Origin: an uncultured bacterium | GTDB lineage: Bacteria; Patescibacteriota; Gracilibacteria; UBA1369; PNNO01 | Assembly: GCA_963704705.1 (NCBI GenBank) | Contig: OY969931.1 | Location: 870,001-902,000, forward strand | DNA length: 32,000 nt | Reading direction: 5' to 3' | Shown here: in pieces, positions 25,869 through 32,000 of the stretch | Layout: the number at the start of each line of letters is the position of its first letter | Position numbering within the stretch: position 1 is the stretch's first letter | The notes under the pieces: model-generated | Told to the model about the DNA's origin: nothing | Database searches by the model: none | The model's input: the letters and a program-made list of their open reading frames with translations, nothing else | Made by a program: the position numbers and the translations under genes

Positions 25869-27269
25869 ATGCCGAGCTTTAAATATATTATTGTTAATAA
25901 GGAGAACAAGCAATTAACAGGAGAAGTTGATGCACCTTCTGAAAATGTTGCACGTAAAGATTTACAGGAACTTGGATTTTCTATTGTTTCAATTGAAGAA
26001 AAAAAGAAAGAAGATAAAGATGAAGTTGGTATGATTTTTGAATTTAAGGGAATTGATAGTCAAAACAGAAAAATAACAGGCACTATAAAATCAGAAAACA
26101 GATATCAGGCTTTCAAAAGGCTTATAACTGAATATGAGCTGGATGTTCACTATGTAGTGCAATCGAATTTAAATCCAAAAGACAAAACAAAACAGATTGA
26201 AGAAGGAGTTAAAGATTTAATGAAAAAATATCAGGAAGAAATTAAAAAAAATACTAATTTATTTCATGAGAAAAAATTAAAACAAATCGATCGTAATTTT
26301 GATAAAGAAAAAGCATTGGTAATGCGACAGGTTGATTTTGTTTTAGCTAAAGTTAGTGAATCAATTGATTCTTTTGCGAAAGAATTAAATGCCGATGATA
26401 AACAAAGAATAAAAGATTATGTAAATAAAATATTAAGGCTTAAAAATACTACTAATCTTGAATATCTCAAAAAAAGTACTCAGGATTTACTTAAATTTTT
26501 ACAAAAAGCTGAAATTTTTGTAAATAAAAAATCAAATGTTCAATCTAAATTAAAATTATATGCGCAAAGTGAAGATATGATTGATCATTTGGAAAAGGGT
26601 AAAGATTTTGGGGTTTATCAGGATTTAGAAGAGCAAATTTTAAGATGGCAGTCAGAACATATAAAAGGGAAAAAGAAGAACGAAATATCTATAGTTAATA
26701 AAATTAAAAGTATTTATTACGGAATTTTATTAAGAATAATTCATCAACCCGAAGAAATTCGTCAAATTAATAAAGAACTCGATTATTTAAACCGTGAGAT
26801 TAAACAATATTATGGTGTTTATTTAAAAGCAAAAGATCCTAATTATAAAAAAGAAGCAATTAACAGTATTAAAAGATTAAAAAAGAGAAAAATTACTCTT
26901 AAAAATAAATTAAATGAATTAAAGAAAGAAGAAATCAGAAGAACTAAAGAAGAAGGTGAATTAAATTTCTTTGAAAAAATTATAGAAGGAGTTAATGGAA
27001 TTACCGGATGGTTACTTTTTTTCTATTTGGTTTTTTATTTTATTTCAGGAATTATAATCAGTAAAAATATAATTTTTGAATTTTATGAGATTCCAAGTGT
27101 ATTTTTTCTGTTTCAATCAGGCTTGATAAAATATATATTACCAATTGTATTTCTTTTGCATGTAACAACAAGTACAAAACTTTACTTTTTTAAAAAGAAT
27201 TTAATAGCAGATATTATTCTTTTCCCGGCATTTGCGCTTGTTTCACTTATTGTAGTTTTTAATTTTTAA
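25869..27269 (+). CDS. Hypothetical membrane protein: two PilC/GspF-N-terminus-like modules, a Lys/Glu-rich coiled coil and a C-terminal multi-TM anchor
   Basis: Module 1 is FKYIIVNKENKQLTGEVDAPSENVARKDLQELGFSIVSIEE. Module 2 is FEFKGIDSQNRKITGTIKSENRYQAFKRLITEYELDVHYVVQ. The C-terminal ~100 aa are hydrophobic (GWLLFFYLVFYFISGIIIS..., ILFPAFALVSLIVVFNF). Confidence 0.6.
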   Translation: MPSFKYIIVNKENKQLTGEVDAPSENVARKDLQELGFSIVSIEEKKKEDKDEVGMIFEFKGIDSQNRKITGTIKSENRYQAFKRLITEYELDVHYVVQSNLNPKDKTKQIEEGVKDLMKKYQEEIKKNTNLFHEKKLKQIDRNFDKEKALVMRQVDFVLAKVSESIDSFAKELNADDKQRIKDYVNKILRLKNTTNLEYLKKSTQDLLKFLQKAEIFVNKKSNVQSKLKLYAQSEDMIDHLEKGKDFGVYQDLEEQILRWQSEHIKGKKKNEISIVNKIKSIYYGILLRIIHQPEEIRQINKELDYLNREIKQYYGVYLKAKDPNYKKEAINSIKRLKKRKITLKNKLNELKKEEIRRTKEEGELNFFEKIIEGVNGITGWLLFFYLVFYFISGIIISKNIIFEFYEIPSVFFLFQSGLIKYILPIVFLLHVTTSTKLYFFKKNLIADIILFPAFALVSLIVVFNF

Positions 27270-27270
27270 T

Positions 27271-28089
27271 ATGTTTCCTGTAGTTTTTGAATTAGGACCG
27301 ATTATTATTTTCTCACTTTGGTTATTTGTGGGATTGGCATTCCTTACAGGTGTTTTTATTTTTACAAAACTTGCCCGAATGAAAAGATTAAATATAAATT
27401 TTTTATATAAATATAGTTTATTAATTTTTGTCTTTGGAATAATAGGTTCACGTTTGGTATATGTTTTGGAAAATTTACAATATTATTTTTATGAGATTAA
27501 TTTTTATTCATTTTTAAAAATATTTTTTATTTGGGAAGATAAAGGATTATCTTTATTCGGTGCACTTTTGGGTATAGTAGGCTCATTAATATATTTCTCC
27601 TATAAAGAAAAAGAACAAACATTAAAATGGCTTGATATTCTAACGATTTCAATAATTTCAGGTTTAGCAATTGGTCATATCGGTACATTTTTAGATGGAA
27701 TTAATTATGGACGTGAAACAAGTCTTCCATGGGGAGTTGTTTTTGATAACCCATCGGTAAAATATGCAGTACCAATACATCCAACGCAAATATATGCCTT
27801 TTTATACAGCACAATTATTGCTGTTGTACTTTTCATTATTTACAAAAAAAATCTTGTTAAAACAGGCATGATAATGAAAATTGGGTTATTAAGTTATGGC
27901 ACCATGATGTTTTTGGAAGGATTTATTAGAGGTGATGATGTAATAATGTTTTTATCAATTAGAATTGAACAATGGTTAGCATTATTGATAATAATTACTA
28001 CTGGTGCTTTATTAATTTATAGTTATAATAAAAATCGTAAAAATAATTCTAACAATTCAAAACATGGAAATTCTGAGTTATCTATTTAG
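27271..28089 (+). CDS. lgt: Prolipoprotein diacylglyceryl transferase
   Basis: It is polytopic, with motifs GHIGTFLDGINYGRETSLPWGVVF and HPTQIYAFLYS. Length is 272 aa, with a TAATATG junction to the upstream gene. Confidence 0.85.
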   Translation: MFPVVFELGPIIIFSLWLFVGLAFLTGVFIFTKLARMKRLNINFLYKYSLLIFVFGIIGSRLVYVLENLQYYFYEINFYSFLKIFFIWEDKGLSLFGALLGIVGSLIYFSYKEKEQTLKWLDILTISIISGLAIGHIGTFLDGINYGRETSLPWGVVFDNPSVKYAVPIHPTQIYAFLYSTIIAVVLFIIYKKNLVKTGMIMKIGLLSYGTMMFLEGFIRGDDVIMFLSIRIEQWLALLIIITTGALLIYSYNKNRKNNSNNSKHGNSELSI

Positions 28090-28468
28090 TCCAATACCTG
28101 GTATTACATTTAATTATTATAATTATCTGTATATTTATTCTGTTGCCCTTATTGTAATTGGTTTGATATTTTGGCTGATTCTAATCAAGGCTAAAAACAA
28201 TAAAGCTTTTACAAAAACATATAAATCTGTGCCTAGCCAATTTATTTGGATTGGAATTATTTTAGTTATTTTGGTTGCATCGCGAGTTAACGGCATAGCA
28301 TATTTAAGTATGCGTTTCCTATTAATTATATTTTTGGCGATTTCAGCATATTTAATAATTAAAAATATATTTAATTATTTCAAAAAATATCCTGAAATGA
28401 AAAAAGTTGTTAAACCGAAAGATAAAAATAATGAAGCTAAACCAAAATATACAACTAGCAAGAAGTAA
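28064..28468 (+). CDS. Hypothetical small membrane protein (about 3 TM, Lys-rich tail)
   Basis: 134 aa, with hydrophobic segments and the tail KVVKPKDKNNEAKPKYTTSKK. It overlaps the lgt 3' end by 26 nt. I recognise no family. Confidence 0.5.
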   Translation: MEILSYLFSPIPGITFNYYNYLYIYSVALIVIGLIFWLILIKAKNNKAFTKTYKSVPSQFIWIGIILVILVASRVNGIAYLSMRFLLIIFLAISAYLIIKNIFNYFKKYPEMKKVVKPKDKNNEAKPKYTTSKK

Positions 28469-29659
28469 TTAAAAAATTTCAGTTAAATCATAAACTGCCA
28501 GAGTACCATTATTAATATATAAATACTTTGGTTTTGATTTATTAATATAAATATTTTTATCAAAAAACTTATTGCAATTAGTTAAATCCAAATCACAAAT
28601 CATTAAAATATTATTCTTCTCTATAAATATATGTTTTGAATCATTATGCCATTTTATTAACTCTATTTCTTCAACAAATCGTGCTAATAATTCTTTAGTT
28701 CTATCAAAAATATTATAAACAAATAATTCACCCGAAGTAGTAATATAAAGTAATTTTTCACTATTATTAGAAATTTCAGGTTTAAGACTAATTGAATCAT
28801 CAATAATTTCTATTTGATTATCTATAATTTCAAAAAGCTCTTTACCACATGTTAAAAAAACATGGTCATAAGAAGAAATAACATCAAAACTATTTTTACA
28901 ATTCTGTTTATCATCTAAAATAGTAATTTCACTTAAGGTTGAGTCTTCTTTTATATCAGCTTTATAAATAACTGCGGAATTTAAATAATAACCAGTTAAA
29001 TTTGGAGTATAAGCAACCGTGAAATTATTAAATTCATCAGGTATTTGAATTAATTGAGTTGTACTGTCATACAAATTAATAATTTCTAAACTATTTTTAT
29101 CTTTAATTCCCAATCTTCCGTTATCAATAAAATAAATATCCTTATCCCCAAGAATAACATTAACTTTACCTGATTGTTTTAATTCTTTATTAATAATTTT
29201 ATAAAAAAACAGTTCATTTAATTCTCTTGAAATAAATACAATATAATCATCCCCTATTAAATATTCATCAAAATCAAAATCTATATTCAATGTATATAAA
29301 TATGGTTCATAATCAAAAGGCAATAATAAAATATCATCTACTTTGGTAACCAAATCTTCAAAAACTTCTATTTGTTTTGACCATTTGGTAAAGCCATCTT
29401 TATAAATATCAATTGAATGAATTCCTGGTTTAATTTTCTTTACCTGAAAAGGAGCTTTTTTTGAAACTAATTTATCATCAATATAAATCTCAGCATTTTT
29501 AACCTTTGAAGTTATATCAATTATACTGGTTTTAACGATATTTTGGTGCAATAAATCGATCTGATATCCATAAGCAGCCAAAAGTGCGTATGCTGTAGCA
29601 AAAATAAAAAGTAACACTCCAAAAATTTGAAGTACAATCTTTAAAAACTTTTTTCGCAT
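28469..29659 (-). CDS. Membrane-anchored PEGA-domain protein with a C-terminal beta-rich (propeller-like) region
   Basis: An N-terminal TM helix (IFGVLLFIFATAYALLAAYGY) is followed by the PEGA motif region AEIYIDDKLVSKKAPFQVKKIKPGIHSIDIYKDGFTKWSKQIEV. The next ~280 aa contain recurring beta-strand pairs (LFFYKI, IYFIDN, LLYITTSGELFVYNI, LYINNGTLAVYDL). Confidence 0.7.
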   Translation of the reverse strand: MRKKFLKIVLQIFGVLLFIFATAYALLAAYGYQIDLLHQNIVKTSIIDITSKVKNAEIYIDDKLVSKKAPFQVKKIKPGIHSIDIYKDGFTKWSKQIEVFEDLVTKVDDILLLPFDYEPYLYTLNIDFDFDEYLIGDDYIVFISRELNELFFYKIINKELKQSGKVNVILGDKDIYFIDNGRLGIKDKNSLEIINLYDSTTQLIQIPDEFNNFTVAYTPNLTGYYLNSAVIYKADIKEDSTLSEITILDDKQNCKNSFDVISSYDHVFLTCGKELFEIIDNQIEIIDDSISLKPEISNNSEKLLYITTSGELFVYNIFDRTKELLARFVEEIELIKWHNDSKHIFIEKNNILMICDLDLTNCNKFFDKNIYINKSKPKYLYINNGTLAVYDLTEIF

Positions 29660-29663
29660 AATA

Positions 29664-30155
29664 TTATTTAATGCTCAATATTTCGTATTCAACAACTCCT
29701 GCCGGAACATTAACTTTAATTCTTTCTCCAACACCTCTGTCTAATAATGCATTTCCTACTGGTGACTCGTTTGAAATCTTGCTGTCATAATCTGCTTCAG
29801 TTGATCCTACAATTATAAATTCCTGCGGTTTTGAATTTCTTTTTGTTTTATTTTGAACTTTCACAGTAGAACCCAATTGAACGGTTTTACCTGAATTTTT
29901 CTTTTTTTCATCAATAATTTGAGCATATTTGATTTTATCTTCAAGTTCAAGAATTCTTCCTTCAATAAAAGCCTGTTCATTTTTAGCTTCCTCATATTCA
30001 GAGTTTTCTGAAAGATCACCATAGCTGATTGCTTCTTTAATTCTGCCTGCAATTTCTTTACGTTTTAAATTTTTTAAATTATCAAGTTCCTCTTTTAGCT
30101 TTTTATAACCATCCTTGGTTACTAAAGTTACTTTATCCTCATTTATATCAGCCAT
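29664..30155 (-). CDS. greA: Transcription elongation factor GreA
   Basis: It has GYKKLKEELDNLKNLKRKEIAGRIKEAISYGDLSENSEYEEAKNEQAFIEGRILELEDKI and the C-terminal ISNESPVGNALLDRGVGE. Length is 163 aa. Confidence 0.9.
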   Translation of the reverse strand: MADINEDKVTLVTKDGYKKLKEELDNLKNLKRKEIAGRIKEAISYGDLSENSEYEEAKNEQAFIEGRILELEDKIKYAQIIDEKKKNSGKTVQLGSTVKVQNKTKRNSKPQEFIIVGSTEADYDSKISNESPVGNALLDRGVGERIKVNVPAGVVEYEILSIK

Positions 30156-30178
30156 AGTATAAAAGTTAATTATAATTT

Positions 30179-31297
30179 TTAAGTTGGGCGTATTTTTACG
30201 CTCGTTGGATGTTCTTTAAGTTTTTGTAATACTTTTGCCTCAATTTGTCTGATTCTTTCACGTGTAACATTAAATTCATGACCCACTTCTTCTAATGTAT
30301 GACCAACTCCGTCTTTTAATCCAAAACGCATTTCAATAATCTTTCTTTCACGTGGTGAAAGATATTGAAGCATTTCATGTATATTTTCTTTAATTATTTG
30401 TCTGTTTGTTGCGTCAGCAGGAGAAAGTGCATCATCATCCTCAATAAAATCTCCTAGTTTGCTATCTTCTTCAGTTCCAACAGGCGCTTCCAAAGAAACT
30501 ATATCCTGTGAAATCTTCATAATATGACGTACTTTTTTAACATCCATATCCATTTCAGCTGCCAATTCTTCAATTAATGGTTCACGGCCAAGCTCCTGTA
30601 CCAATCTTCTCTGCGCATGAGTCAATTTATTGATTGTTTCAACCATATGAACCGGAATTCTGATAGTTCGTGCCTGATCAGCGATTGCACGCGTAATAGC
30701 CTGTCTAATCCACCATGTTGCATATGTTGAGAATTTAAATCCTCTATTTGGGTCAAATTTTTCAACTGCTCTGAATAAACCAATGTTTCCCTCCTGAATT
30801 AAATCAAGAAAAGAAAGTCCTCTACCAATATATTTTTTAGCAATACTTACAACCAATCTCAAATTGGCTTCAGCAAGCTTTTGTTTTGCTGTCTGGTCTC
30901 CTTTTTTAATTGCGCGTGCTAAATCAATTTCTTCTTTAGCGGTTAATAAAGGAACTTTACCTATTTCACATAAATAAAGTCTAATAGAATCATTAGCGAT
31001 TTCTTTAAGTTCGATTTCTTTTTTATCTTTTATCATTTGCTCCTCTTCTTCTTCCTTATTTTTCCAAATCATCTCATCTTTGACATCAATTACATCAATG
31101 CCAAGATCTAAAAATAAACTATAGATCTCATCTAATAATAAAAGATCGTCTTCAACATTCGGTACAGCTTTTAAAAGCTCCTGTTGAGTTACGAAACCTT
31201 GTTCTCTACCCTTTTTTACAAGCTTTTTAACTGCATCCGGAAATTGTGCAAGCTTATCGTCAGATGGATGAACTATGAATTTTTTGGTACGTGCCAT
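30179..31297 (-). CDS. rpoD: RNA polymerase primary sigma factor (sigma-70 family)
   Basis: Region 2 is [62 protein letters not shown]. Region 3 includes RTIRIPVH. Region 4 is [27 protein letters not shown]. Confidence 0.92.
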   Translation of the reverse strand: MARTKKFIVHPSDDKLAQFPDAVKKLVKKGREQGFVTQQELLKAVPNVEDDLLLLDEIYSLFLDLGIDVIDVKDEMIWKNKEEEEEQMIKDKKEIELKEIANDSIRLYLCEIGKVPLLTAKEEIDLARAIKKGDQTAKQKLAEANLRLVVSIAKKYIGRGLSFLDLIQEGNIGLFRAVEKFDPNRGFKFSTYATWWIRQAITRAIADQARTIRIPVHMVETINKLTHAQRRLVQELGREPLIEELAAEMDMDVKKVRHIMKISQDIVSLEAPVGTEEDSKLGDFIEDDDALSPADATNRQIIKENIHEMLQYLSPRERKIIEMRFGLKDGVGHTLEEVGHEFNVTRERIRQIEAKVLQKLKEHPTSVKIRPT

Positions 31298-31307
31298 ATT
31301 TAATATT

Positions 31308-32000
31308 TTAATTGCCCACTAAATTTTTGAGCTGTAATAAAAGATTTTTTGCTTTCTCTGATTCTCCGTTTTTTTCCGCTTCTTTAATTTGTGTTGATAA
31401 ACTCTTTTGCAGTCGTTCAGTTCTAAATCTTTTTTCGCTTTCAAGCAGAAGTTTGAATTCTTTTTTCAACATTTCTTCATTGAATGTACCGTATAAATCG
31501 TCTACAAATAAAGAAATAACCACTAATCGATCCGCGATTTCTTCACTGAAACATGACAAAAAATCCTTCCTCGTATCCTCTGCTCGAAGCAAATTATAGT
31601 GATCTTTATACGTATTGTAAATGCTTTTTTCAACTTCATTTAATAATTTTTCATCAATTTCCTTAATATAATCTTCAAAAAGCTCCGGATTCTCATAAAT
31701 AAGCCCAAAAACAATTTCCATACTAGTAATTTTATGTACTATTTGTTCATTTATTTGCTCGGATTTTTTTAATGTAGGTATAATTGAGCTCTTAAAATGT
31801 TTAATTTCATCATAAATAAAGATTTCTTTTGTATCTAATTTCTGAGCAATTATCCTTATATACTGATCTTTTTCAAAATTACTGCTTAATAAATTCAAAT
31901 ATGGGATAAGCTCGGATAAAATATGCTTTTTTCCATCAATTGTCTGTGAATTATATTTTTTTAGAGACAAATCGATACAAAAATCCATAAATGGGATTAT
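31308..32000 (-). CDS. dnaG: DNA primase, C-terminal portion (5' end outside window)
   Basis: The reading frame stays open from 31988 to the window edge (IIPF precedes the tracked Met). It lies 10 nt upstream of rpoD in the classical dnaG-rpoD order. The region is helical and poorly conserved, so the call rests mainly on synteny. Confidence 0.55.
   Translation of the reverse strand: MIPFMDFCIDLSLKKYNSQTIDGKKHILSELIPYLNLLSSNFEKDQYIRIIAQKLDTKEIFIYDEIKHFKSSIIPTLKKSEQINEQIVHKITSMEIVFGLIYENPELFEDYIKEIDEKLLNEVEKSIYNTYKDHYNLLRAEDTRKDFLSCFSEEIADRLVVISLFVDDLYGTFNEEMLKKEFKLLLESEKRFRTERLQKSLSTQIKEAEKNGESEKAKNLLLQLKNLVGN

Noticed and set aside
29861-31599. An alternative-frame ORF in greA (29861..30052) and an antisense ORF in dnaG (31312..31599)
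   Set aside because: They are nested in better-supported genes and have no independent evidence.

Overview
This is a low-GC (about one third G+C by eye), very tightly packed bacterial window with 28 protein-coding genes and one tRNA. Almost all genes are housekeeping, in three blocks.

Plus-strand block 1..14644: M24 peptidase (3' fragment), purQ, glmS, DUF2164, pyk, ruvC, a TPR protein, prepilin peptidase, gpmI, a GDP-mannose pyrophosphorylase-like gene plus a separate cupin, and a fused secDF.

Then tRNA-Arg(UCG), a small orphan patch (14821..15709), and a second plus-strand block: DUF1858, an RND efflux adaptor and pump, priA, trpS, pyrG, an unknown membrane protein, lgt and a small membrane protein.

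Minus-strand block 28469..32000: dnaG (3' part), rpoD, greA and a PEGA/beta-propeller protein.

All conserved genes read full length in the standard code. I see no CRISPR array, transposase, integrase, rRNA or recognisable defence system. Small intergenic gaps, no Shine-Dalgarno motifs, type IV pilus parts and patchy metabolism suggest a streamlined, possibly CPR/Patescibacteria-like organism; this is inference only.

I could not find a clear multi-gene novel system. The best leads are unusual protein architectures:
- a parvulin PPIase domain inserted in the periplasmic head of SecDF;
- PurQ fused to two PurS-like modules with no other pur genes nearby;
- an RND adaptor lipoprotein with a roughly 300-aa helical hairpin and no outer-membrane factor;
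- a membrane protein with two PilC/GspF-N-terminus-like modules in a pyrG-lgt operon;
- a tRNA-flanked orphan pair that includes a triple-repeat HTH-like protein.

Recurrent TAATATG stop-start junctions and zero-gap convergent gene ends are also visible. All family calls rest on motif recognition by eye and need profile searches to confirm.
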